Of a stretch of DNA of 37,286 nucleotides, positions 7,154-15,192 are shown piece by piece. A program made the translations under genes and the position numbers. Source of the stretch: a virus (taxonomy: Duplodnaviria > Caudoviricetes). The stretch lies in the IMG/VR virus record IMGVR_UViG_3300028588_000054, positions 1-37,286 of that record; one strand, given 5' to 3'. The notes under the pieces were generated by a model. The model saw only the letters and a program-made list of their open reading frames with translations. It made no database searches and was not told the DNA's origin. The stretch's first letter is position 1. Each line of letters begins with the position of its first letter.

Positions 7154-7368
7154 CACCGGGCTCCCGTTTCGGCGCCGCCGGTGCTGCAGGGGCGGGCCAG
7201 CAGCTTGCGCAGCGCGCTTACCATCTGGTCTTCCCGATATGCCTCCAGCGAACCAGTAAGGAACGCGGCGAAGGTGCGCGCCCTGAAGTCGACGTCGTCC
7301 GGCACTTCCTTGACCGCATCGGTGGCGCAGGAAATGACCAGGTCGCGGATCTGCTTGGCGGTGGTCAT
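7153..7368 (-). CDS. Hypothetical protein
   Basis: 71-aa ORF with GAGGAG RBS, coupled at both ends. Confidence 0.6.
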   Translation of the reverse strand: MTTAKQIRDLVISCATDAVKEVPDDVDFRARTFAAFLTGSLEAYREDQMVSALRKLLARPCSTGGAETGAR

Positions 7369-7490
7369 GGCATCAGCTCCTCGAGCAGGCGGCCCAGCAG
7401 GAGAATCGCGCCCATGGCGGAAAACACGACACCCGGGTGCTCGTCGGTCCAGTCGATGCGGTACAGCAGCAGGAAGCGCAGCATGATCAC
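7365..7490 (-). CDS. Small hydrophobic protein (~40 aa, MLRFLLLYRIDWTDEHPGVVFSAMGAILLLGRLLEELMP)
   Basis: Translated by hand (below the ORF-track cutoff). GTGA and ATGA overlaps with both neighbours; one TM-like segment. Confidence 0.55.
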   Translation of the reverse strand: MIMLRFLLLYRIDWTDEHPGVVFSAMGAILLLGRLLEELMP

Positions 7491-7690
7491 CACTCCCGGA
7501 TCAGGTTGCGGCGGCCGATCAGCTGCACCTGGTGCTGGCGCTGCAGCTGAGCCGCGGCGCCGCGGGTGACGGTGGTGGCGCGCGAACGGCTACCGCGCAG
7601 CTGGCGCTCGATCCGCCACAAGGCGGCCGGCTTGGCCAGCTTGCGCGCCAGGCGGCGGGCGATGCGGCCGGTAATGAGGAAAGGCTTCAT
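7487..7690 (-). CDS. Arg-rich small protein, first gene of the pL operon
   Basis: ATG 7690 with GGAG RBS, directly downstream of pL. Confidence 0.55.
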   Translation of the reverse strand: MKPFLITGRIARRLARKLAKPAALWRIERQLRGSRSRATTVTRGAAAQLQRQHQVQLIGRRNLIREW

Positions 7691-7743
7691 GCAGGTCTCC
7701 AAAGTGGCGGCTCGGCGGATGCTGAGCTCGCTGCGATGGACTG

Positions 7744-7772
7744 ACTATACGATTACGTATTGTTGATGTCAA
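7744..7772 (-). promoter_or_regulatory. pL early leftward promoter
   Basis: Minus strand TTGACA-17 nt-TATAGT, overlapped by operators. Confidence 0.85.
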
Positions 7773-7816
7773 TGCGAAAACGCATAATTTTTTTGGCGGA
7801 CGATACAGAGATGTAT
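7747..7816. promoter_or_regulatory. OL operators (three)
   Basis: ATACG-ATTA-CGTAT (7747-7760), ATGCG-AAAA-CGCAT (7772-7785), ATACA-GAGA-TGTAT (7803-7816). Confidence 0.8.
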
Positions 7817-7837
7817 CGGCCGGGGGGGATGGACGTG

Positions 7838-7861
7838 AAAAAGCCCGCGCTATGACGGGCT
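7838..7861 (-). terminator. Intrinsic terminator of the cI operon
   Basis: Minus strand AGCCCG-loop-CGGGCT-TTTT. Confidence 0.65.
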
Positions 7862-7885
7862 CTGGGTGAGGCGAGCTGCGGCGGC

Positions 7886-8485
7886 CTAAGTGCCTGACAT
7901 CTCGTGCTGCATGCGTTCCGCCAGGCCTCCAAGGCACGACTCGATTGCTTGTTTGTCGTCAGCGCTTAAGGTTATTTTGAACGCGATTATCCTGTCATAT
8001 CGATCCGCTGGATAACGCAAAGAAATTTGCATGGGCTCGCCGTTTGTTATTGCCCAAATCATTTTTATGGCTGCCGGTACGTCTGCACCGCCAATCATAT
8101 AACCCGGATCATCGGATTTAATATATTTGGTCGGCTTTAGCGTTAAATTATCATCGCGCTTAGCCAGCCAGAATGAATCCGGGCCGGGAGTTTTTATTTT
8201 TAATTTCGAGATGTCCCAGCCCTTTTTCTTATCGAATGGAATCGATTGTTGGCCAGCCTTCATTAATGCGAAAGCATCCTTATACATTGTAACGCTGAAA
8301 TCATAAGCAAAAGAATTGGCGGCACCTTCCATGGCTACCGCGACGATTCGAATGCCGCAGGATGTAAAGCCTTTTTCGTCCCGATTAATGTTGGGTTGAG
8401 GCGAGGCCGCATCCGCATTGAACACGGTTTGTGCCATGGACGATCCGAAGGCGAATAGTAAAGAAGCAGCAAGCAAGATTTTCAT
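7886..8485 (-). CDS. Exported low-GC protein (lysogenic cargo, possible superinfection exclusion)
   Basis: N-terminal signal peptide MKILLAASLLFAFGSSMA, AT-rich codon usage, downstream of cI. Confidence 0.7.
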   Translation of the reverse strand: MKILLAASLLFAFGSSMAQTVFNADAASPQPNINRDEKGFTSCGIRIVAVAMEGAANSFAYDFSVTMYKDAFALMKAGQQSIPFDKKKGWDISKLKIKTPGPDSFWLAKRDDNLTLKPTKYIKSDDPGYMIGGADVPAAIKMIWAITNGEPMQISLRYPADRYDRIIAFKITLSADDKQAIESCLGGLAERMQHEMSGT

Positions 8486-8506
8486 AGGTTATTATTCAAT
8501 CCCGTC

Positions 8507-8767
8507 TCAATCAGGAAATATTTCCTCATTCCAATCCACATCGTAGATTGATAGCAGCTCAAGCAAATAAGGAAGTGCGTCGAATTCTGCCACCGCCCTC
8601 GCGCTATTCCAAGAATTGTCGTCACGCGCCACCAGCATTACCGGCAATCGAAATCTTGGCTGCAAATCTGCAATCAGCGGCCCCGCTATATCCCAGCTTA
8701 ATTGCCGAGGTTCCACCAGTACTACCGCCATGCGCATACCGCGTAGACGTTGAATCGTGTGCAGCAT
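8507..8767 (-). CDS. Hypothetical protein coupled to cI
   Basis: ATG 8767 overlaps the cI stop (TAATG); 86 aa. Confidence 0.6.
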   Translation of the reverse strand: MLHTIQRLRGMRMAVVLVEPRQLSWDIAGPLIADLQPRFRLPVMLVARDDNSWNSARAVAEFDALPYLLELLSIYDVDWNEEIFPD

Positions 8768-9480
8768 TAAAACCTTTCCGTTTCCTTCCGCACTACTCGG
8801 CCGATCGCAATGCAAGTCTCACCCCGGCAGCTTTTCTTGTGATACTTCCGCTGGTCAGCGTTATCTGACGTCAGCCACCACTGGCCGGCATCGCGCATCA
8901 GGCGCTTTACGACCGGCTCGCCCTCATAGTTGATCGCGAACACCGCGCCGTCGACCAGCTGCTTGTCAGCAGTGTTGATCACGACCAGGTCACCTTCGTA
9001 AAACGTCGGCTCCATGCTTTCGCCGCGGACCGTGATTGCAATCAGCTTGTCTCGGTGATATCCACGGCGCTCCATCCAGTCCGTCGGCACCGTTGTTGTA
9101 GATCCATCATACGGCTCCGGCTCGACCTCGAAACCACTCAGGCCGGCCGTTAGGCGCAAGCGCACCTTCGGGATAATCGTCAGGCGCGGGTCATCCTGGT
9201 CGGCCCCGTCCACCCGCATGTAACTGCCGGGCCGTAAGCCGGTCACGCCTTCTGCTGGAATGGATAGGTCACGATCCCGCATATCTGCCACTGTCACCTG
9301 AAAGTAGTCAGCCAGCGGCTGAAGCGTCTTCGTACGCGGGTCATTGCTCTCGCCCGTCAGGATCCGATGAATGGTTGGCTGCGGCACGCCGGTCACGCGC
9401 TGAAGCTCGTACGGGCTCGTCTTCCTCTGGGCTATCAGCCACTCGAGGTTCTTTCTCAGATGGGATTGAGTGTTGCTCAT
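8767..9480 (-). CDS. cI: CI-like repressor (HTH + S24 autopeptidase)
   Basis: N-terminal HTH (ELQRVTGVPQPTIHRILTG), AG cleavage site (LTAG), VRGESMEP catalytic Ser, VVKRL catalytic Lys. Confidence 0.93.
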   Translation of the reverse strand: MSNTQSHLRKNLEWLIAQRKTSPYELQRVTGVPQPTIHRILTGESNDPRTKTLQPLADYFQVTVADMRDRDLSIPAEGVTGLRPGSYMRVDGADQDDPRLTIIPKVRLRLTAGLSGFEVEPEPYDGSTTTVPTDWMERRGYHRDKLIAITVRGESMEPTFYEGDLVVINTADKQLVDGAVFAINYEGEPVVKRLMRDAGQWWLTSDNADQRKYHKKSCRGETCIAIGRVVRKETERF

Positions 9481-9486
9481 CTCGCA

Positions 9487-9515
9487 AATATGCGGCAACG
9501 CATACATTGGTGCAA
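9487..9515 (-). promoter_or_regulatory. Putative pRM promoter giving a leaderless cI mRNA
   Basis: Minus strand TTGCAC-17 nt-CATATT, then 6 nt, then the cI ATG. No RBS. Confidence 0.5.
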
Positions 9516-9557
9516 TCCTTTATGCGGTTTCGCATTGACAGCGATACGCTTTCGTAT
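9490..9557. promoter_or_regulatory. OR operators (three)
   Basis: ATGCG-GCAA-CGCAT (9490-9503), ATGCG-GTTT-CGCAT (9522-9535), ATACG-CTTT-CGTAT (9544-9557). Confidence 0.85.
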
Positions 9558-9562
9558 AGAAT
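9535..9562 (+). promoter_or_regulatory. pR early rightward promoter
   Basis: TTGACA-16 nt-TAGAAT overlapping two OR sites. Confidence 0.75.
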
Positions 9563-9590
9563 GATCGGAAACAACCCACCGATCACGACC

Positions 9591-9806
9591 ATGACCCTTC
9601 GTCCAGCTCAAGAGTGCGTCCAGCTCCTCGTCGCCGCCAAGATTTCTCAAGCTGCGATCGCCGAGCGCGCCGGCATCAAGCAGCCAACCGTCAGCCGCAT
9701 CCTGTCCGGGAAACACAAGGACCCGAAAGGTTCCGCGTTGATCAAGCTGAACGAGTTCGCGACCGAGGTTGAAGCAAAGTCCACTACCGAATCGCAGCCG
9801 CAGTAA
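9591..9806 (+). CDS. cro: Cro-like HTH regulator
   Basis: ISQAAIAERAGIKQPTVSRILSG HTH, divergent from cI. Its recognition helix resembles that of CI (QPTIHRI). Confidence 0.85.
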   Translation: MTLRPAQECVQLLVAAKISQAAIAERAGIKQPTVSRILSGKHKDPKGSALIKLNEFATEVEAKSTTESQPQ

Positions 9807-9820
9807 CCCTGCGGTTTTTT
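9797..9820 (+). terminator. tR1-like terminator
   Basis: GCCGCAG-TAACC-CTGCGGT followed by a T run at the end of cro. Confidence 0.6.
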
Positions 9821-9926
9821 CGTTGCCCAGAAAGTTGCAACAGGGCTTTTGCCCAGTACCACCAGCCGGCCACCAGGCCGCCCCAACCGAAGTCCTGAAC
9901 CACCGCACCAATAGGAGAAGCACCCC

Positions 9927-10193
9927 ATGAGCACCAAACCGAACCTGAAGCGCGAACACACGCTGAAGGTCCCGTTGAACGACGTCGAGCAGGACCAGCT
10001 GCGCAAATTCTGCCCCGGCCAGGTGGCGCCGTTCGTGCGCGATCTCGTCCTGGCCCACATCCGGGCTCAGGTGAATCGTACCGCGCCGCAGCGCAGCGGC
10101 GAATGGCCACGCCATGGCCATCAGCATGGCCGCGCGCAGCGCTTCCCGGGCCGCCCGGCGGTGGCAAGCGGCTTCAGGCGCCTGCATCTTTAA
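9927..10193 (+). CDS. Small regulator at the CII position (ribbon-helix-helix-like)
   Basis: AGGAG RBS; beta-strand/helix/helix pattern (HTLKVPLNDVEQDQL...APFVRDLVL). Confidence 0.55.
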   Translation: MSTKPNLKREHTLKVPLNDVEQDQLRKFCPGQVAPFVRDLVLAHIRAQVNRTAPQRSGEWPRHGHQHGRAQRFPGRPAVASGFRRLHL

Positions 10194-10252
10194 AGGGGAG
10201 TTCAAACCGCGTGCGCCTGGATGGGCATGCATCGACTAACGGAAGGATCCAC

Positions 10253-10441
10253 ATGCACGAACAGGAGGAAACCAGGGCGACGCCGGAGGAGAAGGTCGCC
10301 CACCGCGCCAGGCTCTGGCGGGCAAGCGACAAGGCGGCAATCGGCAGCAGCTGCAGCAAGGTCAAGCGCGCCGAGTACCTCGCCCGGCAGCAGCTGCGCG
10401 AAGCGGTCGACATGCTCGAGCAAAAAGCCCGCGGGCCGTAG
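10253..10441 (+). CDS. Hypothetical protein (MHEQEETRA...)
   Basis: ATG 10253 with GAAGGA RBS; 62 aa. Confidence 0.55.
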   Translation: MHEQEETRATPEEKVAHRARLWRASDKAAIGSSCSKVKRAEYLARQQLREAVDMLEQKARGP

Positions 10442-10448
10442 CAGCAAG

Positions 10449-10478
10449 AAAAAAGCCCGCGTGCAAGGCGGGCTTATT
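10449..10478. terminator. Terminator-like hairpin
   Basis: AAAAAAGCCCGC-GTGCAAG-GCGGGCTT; the better U-tract is on the minus strand. Confidence 0.5.
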
Positions 10479-10503
10479 CGAAACATTTTTAGGAAGCGAG
10501 AAC

Positions 10504-10698
10504 ATGACCATTGTATATCAGCGTAGCCGTCACGCGGCGCGAAGCGTTACGCCGGCACAACGCCGGGAATGCGGTACCGCAAGCCTCCCCTCCTCCATCG
10601 ACATCGAGCGCATGCTGCGCGCCGATCGCGTCCGCTCGACCCACTACCGCACTGTCGCATCGGGCTTGGCGGCCAGCTGGCGTGAGGTGTTGCGGTGA
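10504..10698 (+). CDS. Hypothetical protein
   Basis: 64-aa ORF, AGGA upstream, GTGA overlap with the next gene. Confidence 0.5.
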   Translation: MTIVYQRSRHAARSVTPAQRRECGTASLPSSIDIERMLRADRVRSTHYRTVASGLAASWREVLR

Positions 10699-10934
10699 CG
10701 GCCGGCACGTGGATCCGGGTGGAAGACGCCCTGCCCGACGACGAAACCCTGGTGCTGGTCGCACTGAACGATGACGACGTCTGGGTCGGCTTCCGGGATG
10801 GCGGCGCATGGCGCTACGTCGACGCGATGCCCATTTTCGTCGAGCGGGTCACGCACTGGATGCCGATGCCGGCGCACCCGGTGCTGGCCGCGACCGTTTC
10901 GCGCGCGAGCGCATCAACCGCAACACCCACCTGA
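10695..10934 (+). CDS. DUF551-like protein
   Basis: WIRVEDALPD...VLV...VTHWMPMP signature. Confidence 0.8.
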   Translation: MTAGTWIRVEDALPDDETLVLVALNDDDVWVGFRDGGAWRYVDAMPIFVERVTHWMPMPAHPVLAATVSRASASTATPT

Positions 10935-10945
10935 AAGGCAAGACC

Positions 10946-11575
10946 ATGAACGACCAAGCCATCGAGCAGGAAATCCAGGCCAAGGGCAAGACCGCGCCGC
11001 GCGTCACGCCGGCGGACATCGATGCGAACATCGCCAGCGCGCACTACTTCACTGCCAAGGACGGGGTGATCGGCGACCTGTTCACCTCGGGCCTGATCGA
11101 CGAACCGAATGGGCACAACCTGCCGCCGGCGCTGCCGCTGCTTACCTTCTGCGTGCTCACCCTGCGCAACGGCTTCACCGTCACCGGCGAAAGCGCGTGC
11201 GCCAGCCCCGAGAATTTCGACGCCGGGATCGGTCGCAAGATCGCGCGCGACAACGCCGTGCAGAAGATCTGGCCCCTGATGGGCTATGCACTCAAGCAGC
11301 AGATGCACCAGGCCGCGAACCTGCCGCCGGCGCTCGGTGCGGCGCATGTCGGCTACAGCACGCTGCAGCCGCACCAGCAGCGCGTGGTCGATGAGAAGGC
11401 GGCCCTCGACGACAAGCTGGCCAAACTGCAGCAGTTCGTCGATGGCGCAATCTTCGGCACTCTGGACGAAGCCGAGCAGTCGCGTCTCGGCATCCAGCTC
11501 GACGCCATGGCGGCTTATTCGGAGGTACTGGAGCATCGCATTGCCGCGTTCGAGCCGGCGAACCACCCGGTCTAG
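10946..11575 (+). CDS. Gp49/Sf6 gp66-family domain fused to a crAss001_48-like helical domain (putative dual immune-signal sponge)
   Basis: N-domain TAPRVTPADI...LTFCVLTLRNGFTVTGESACASPENFD..IGRKIA...IWPLMGY; C-domain PHQQRVVDEK..LDDKLAKL..F...EQ.RL..Q...M..YS.VL..RIAAF. Confidence 0.8.
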   Translation: MNDQAIEQEIQAKGKTAPRVTPADIDANIASAHYFTAKDGVIGDLFTSGLIDEPNGHNLPPALPLLTFCVLTLRNGFTVTGESACASPENFDAGIGRKIARDNAVQKIWPLMGYALKQQMHQAANLPPALGAAHVGYSTLQPHQQRVVDEKAALDDKLAKLQQFVDGAIFGTLDEAEQSRLGIQLDAMAAYSEVLEHRIAAFEPANHPV

Positions 11576-11699
11576 CCACCACCCACGCCCGGCCAGGCCG
11601 GGCGGTAATAAGAACGAGACAGCGCATGCAAACGATTACCCTCCCTTCACCCGGCCTATGCGCGCCGGGTAGCGCACCCGTCCTGCGGCGAGGTGCGTC

Positions 11700-11930
11700 A
11701 TGCTGACCCACACGGTGCGCGGCCCTGACGCGGCCGGCAAGTACGCGGTCGGCTACGCCACGCCCGGTACCTCCGCCTTTACCATCGTAGTCGACGGCTG
11801 CTCAGCCGATGCCGCTGGCGCCGAAGCGGCGCGCCTCAACCGCCAGCAGGCAGCCACCGAGCGCGAGATCCGGAGCGAACGCCAGGCCTGCGGCCTGCGC
11901 GACACGCATCCGCGGAAAGGCGGGCGCTGA
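11700..11930 (+). CDS. Hypothetical protein
   Basis: 76 aa, GAGG RBS, TGATG overlap with the replication gene. Confidence 0.6.
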   Translation: MLTHTVRGPDAAGKYAVGYATPGTSAFTIVVDGCSADAAGAEAARLNRQQAATEREIRSERQACGLRDTHPRKGGR

Positions 11931-12733
11931 TGGCCGGCGAATGGATCAAGATGCGCACCAACCTCTGGGATGACCCGCGCGTCGCCCAGCTCTGCGAACT
12001 GACCGACCAAGCCGAGGCGGCCGTTGTCGGCGGCCTGTACTGGCTGTGGGCCACGGCGGATGAACACTCGTCGGATGGCCTGCTGCCCGGCATGACCGTG
12101 CGCACCATCGACAGGAAGACCGGTGTCGCCGGCCTGGGCAAGGCGCTGGTAACGATCGGCTGGATCGCCGAGGGCGAAGACGGCGTTACCGTCACCCGCT
12201 TCGATGAGCACAACGGCGCGTCAGCGAAACAGCGCGCGCAGACCGCAAAACGGGTTTCGAACCACAAAGCTAACGCCAAGGTAACGCAGGGCGCGTTACC
12301 GAATCAGGACGAAGCCGTTACCGGTCCGTTACCTAGAGAAGAGAAGATAAGAGAAGAAGTAACTTCAAAACCTACTACCCCTGACGGGGTAGTCGTCGCC
12401 AGCCAGGCTGGCAACCTCTCCGGCGGCCGCCCGGTACTGGCGTCAAGACCCGAGTGCCCGCACCAGGAAATCATCGCGCTGTACCACGAGATCCTGCCCG
12501 AATGCCCCCAGGTGCGGGACTGGACGCCGGCCCGCCAGCAGCAGCTACGCACGCGCTGGAACGAAGACCCGCGCCGCCAGAACCTCGACTACTGGCGCGA
12601 GTTTTTCAAGTACGTGAAGCGTTGCGGGTTTCTCGTCGGCCGCGGCGACGGCGAGAGGCCATTCATTGCCGACCTCGAATGGATGACCAAGTCCAAAAAT
12701 TTCACAAAGATTCGCGAAGGAAAATATGAGTAA
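11930..12733 (+). CDS. Phage replication initiator (O-like)
   Basis: MAGEWIKMRTNL.DDPRV N-terminus and ADLEW....NF.KI.EGKY C-terminus. Contains internal iterons and lies upstream of dnaB. Confidence 0.8.
   Translation: MAGEWIKMRTNLWDDPRVAQLCELTDQAEAAVVGGLYWLWATADEHSSDGLLPGMTVRTIDRKTGVAGLGKALVTIGWIAEGEDGVTVTRFDEHNGASAKQRAQTAKRVSNHKANAKVTQGALPNQDEAVTGPLPREEKIREEVTSKPTTPDGVVVASQAGNLSGGRPVLASRPECPHQEIIALYHEILPECPQVRDWTPARQQQLRTRWNEDPRRQNLDYWREFFKYVKRCGFLVGRGDGERPFIADLEWMTKSKNFTKIREGKYE
12269..12393. other. Putative replication origin (iterons + purine-rich tract + hairpin)
   Basis: Clustered TAACG/CGTTACC repeats 12269-12333, A/G-rich run 12334-12360, ACTACCCC-TGAC-GGGGTAGT 12374-12393. Confidence 0.6.
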
Positions 12734-14084
12734 CGACATCAAGGCACCGCCCCACAGCGTCTCGGCCGAACAGGCCGTCATCGGCGCCCTGCTGCGCGAC
12801 AACGACGCGGTCGACCGTGTCGGTGACCTGCGCGCCGAGCACTTCTTCCTGGGCGACCATGCCGCGATCTTCGGGGAGCTAATGCGGCACCTGGCCGCCG
12901 GCCGCAGCTGCGACGTGATCTCGCTCGGTGTCGCCCTGCAGGGCAAGGTCGCCAACTGCCTGCCCTACCTGAACCAGATGGCGCAGAGCACGCCGTCGGC
13001 GTCCAACATCGGGCGCTATGCCGCGATCGTGCGCGACAAGGCGGTCAAGCGTGGCCTGATCCGCTTCGGCCGCGACGTCGCAGAGCTAGCCGCCAATTCG
13101 CCCGAGGAATCGGCGGCCATGGTCGACCAGGCGTCGTCCGAGCTGGAAAAGCTGGCTCTGGCCCGCACCAGGATCGAACCGGTGCGCGCGGCCGATGAGC
13201 TGAAAGCCCACGTCGAGGAGATCGAGCGCCGCATGGATGGCCAGAGCAAGGCGATATCGACCGGCTACCCGGCGCTGGACGAAAAGCTCAGCGGCGGCCT
13301 GCGCGGCGGCGACCTGATCGTACTTGCCGCGCGCCCGAAGATGGGCAAGACGGCGCTGGCCGTGAACATCGCCTGCAACGTGGCTGCCGACCACCCGGTG
13401 CTGGTGCAGTCGATGGAAATGCCGAAATCGCAGCTGCACGACCGCAACCTGGCCAGTCTCGGCCGGATCCCGCTGCCGCACCTGCTGGAGCCGTCGAAGA
13501 TGACGGACCAGGACTGGAGCGGCCTTACGCACGCGTCGATCAAGATCAGCGACATGCAGCTGTTCCTGGATGACCAGGGCGGCCTGCGCCTGATCGACGT
13601 GCGCATGAAGGCCAAGGGCGTGAAGCGCAAGCACGGCCTGAAGCTGATGGTCATCGACTACCTGCAGCTGATGGAAGGCGAAGGCGACAACCGCAACGCC
13701 CAGATCGAGGGCATCACGCGCGGCCTGAAGGCGCTGGCCAAGGAGCTGGACATGGCGATCATCCTGCTGTCGCAGCTAAACCGCAAGCTCGAGGAGCGCC
13801 CGAACAAGCGCCCGGTGCCCTCGGACCTGCGTGACTCGGGCTCGATCGAGCAGGACGCCGATGCCGTGATCTTCCTGTACCGCGACGAGGTGTACAACCC
13901 GGACACCATGGACGTTGGCATGTGCGAAGTCGACGTGGCGCTGTGCCGCCAGGGCGCCCCGGGGCGCGTGGCCCTGACCTACATCGGCGAGCAGGTACGG
14001 TTCGAATCGCTGAACCGCAGCTGGATGCCGGCGCCGAAGCAGGCAGCGAAGCGCGGCAGCCGCGGGTTCGCGGAGTGCCCATGA
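12726..14084 (+). CDS. dnaB: Replicative DNA helicase, DnaB family
   Basis: PPHSVSAEQAVIGALL, AARPKMGKT, SMEM, IDYLQLM, LSQLNR, SDLRDSGSIEQDAD. Confidence 0.96.
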   Translation: MSNDIKAPPHSVSAEQAVIGALLRDNDAVDRVGDLRAEHFFLGDHAAIFGELMRHLAAGRSCDVISLGVALQGKVANCLPYLNQMAQSTPSASNIGRYAAIVRDKAVKRGLIRFGRDVAELAANSPEESAAMVDQASSELEKLALARTRIEPVRAADELKAHVEEIERRMDGQSKAISTGYPALDEKLSGGLRGGDLIVLAARPKMGKTALAVNIACNVAADHPVLVQSMEMPKSQLHDRNLASLGRIPLPHLLEPSKMTDQDWSGLTHASIKISDMQLFLDDQGGLRLIDVRMKAKGVKRKHGLKLMVIDYLQLMEGEGDNRNAQIEGITRGLKALAKELDMAIILLSQLNRKLEERPNKRPVPSDLRDSGSIEQDADAVIFLYRDEVYNPDTMDVGMCEVDVALCRQGAPGRVALTYIGEQVRFESLNRSWMPAPKQAAKRGSRGFAECP

Positions 14085-15136
14085 GCGCGACCCTGTTCAA
14101 GAAGGGCCGGGTCTGGCACTACCGCTTCCAGGTGGGGAAGGTGCGCGTGCAGCGCAGTACCAGGTCGGGCAGCAAGACGGCCGCCGGCGACATCGCCAGG
14201 CGCGAACACGACGCGGCGGTGGTGCGCGCCAATGGCGGCCAGCCGGTGCCGACGCTGGACCAGCTGGCCGAGGCCTGGATCGTTGTCCACAGGCCGGTGG
14301 CCAGCAGCGCGCACGTCGGCAGCGTCGAGCGCTTCCGCCGGCTGCACATGTACGACCTGGCGCAGCTGCCGATCGGCGACATCGCCACCCAGCAGGTCGA
14401 GCTGGCGCGCATCGAGCACCTCAAGACGCACAAGCCGGCCAGCGCGAACCACTGGCTGCGGATCCTGAAGCTGCTCACACTGTGGGCGGTCAAGCGCAAG
14501 ATCCTGGTGGCGTCGCCGTGGAAGGTCTCGATGCTCAAGGTGCAGAAGCGCCCGCGCGCGATCCTGCCGCTGGACGTGGCCGCCGCCTGGTTCGCGGCCG
14601 TCGATGAGACCGCCGCCCGTGCCCCGGCGATCGCCACCGCGGTGCGGATGATGTTCGGCCTGGGCCTGCGCGAGGGCGAGTCCTTGAGCGCGCGCTGGGA
14701 ATGGATGGATTGGCAGCGGTCGACCTACACGCCCGGCATCACCAAGGGCCGTGAGGCTGAACCGATCCCGATCCCCACCTGGCTGCGCGAGCACCTCCAG
14801 CCGATGCGCCAGGCCGAGGGCTTGATTGTGGCCAAGCCGAACGGCGAGCCCTTCGCTCCCGGCTTCGCGCGCCAGGTACTGAAGCAGGCGAACAGGGCTT
14901 GCAAGATCAAGGGCATCACGCCGCACCGGCTGCGCGGCACCTTCGCCACGCTGCTGTCGGAAGCCGGCGTGCCGATCCAGACGATCCAGAAGGTGATGCG
15001 TCACAAGAACTTCGCCACCACGGTCGGTTACCTCGAGAAAAACCTCGACCTGGCAGTGCGCGCGGCGGATGTGATCGGTGAAAAAGCCGGTTTCGGTGGC
15101 GCGAAAGTGGCGCGCACTACGGAACACAGCCTTTAG
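14081..15136 (+). CDS. Second tyrosine recombinase/integrase
   Basis: N-terminal arm-like domain (KKGRVWHYRF...QRST) and catalytic GLREGE, TKG, HRLR, MRH, GYL. ATGA overlap with dnaB. Confidence 0.9.
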   Translation: MSATLFKKGRVWHYRFQVGKVRVQRSTRSGSKTAAGDIARREHDAAVVRANGGQPVPTLDQLAEAWIVVHRPVASSAHVGSVERFRRLHMYDLAQLPIGDIATQQVELARIEHLKTHKPASANHWLRILKLLTLWAVKRKILVASPWKVSMLKVQKRPRAILPLDVAAAWFAAVDETAARAPAIATAVRMMFGLGLREGESLSARWEWMDWQRSTYTPGITKGREAEPIPIPTWLREHLQPMRQAEGLIVAKPNGEPFAPGFARQVLKQANRACKIKGITPHRLRGTFATLLSEAGVPIQTIQKVMRHKNFATTVGYLEKNLDLAVRAADVIGEKAGFGGAKVARTTEHSL

Positions 15137-15192
15137 ATAAAGGCGATGCAAATGATTAATGATCATCGGAAATTTACCAAAACGGAGATGCA

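Noticed and set aside
5759-7486. 575-aa plus-strand ORF over the DGR targets
   Set aside because: Antisense shadow with no recognisable domain.
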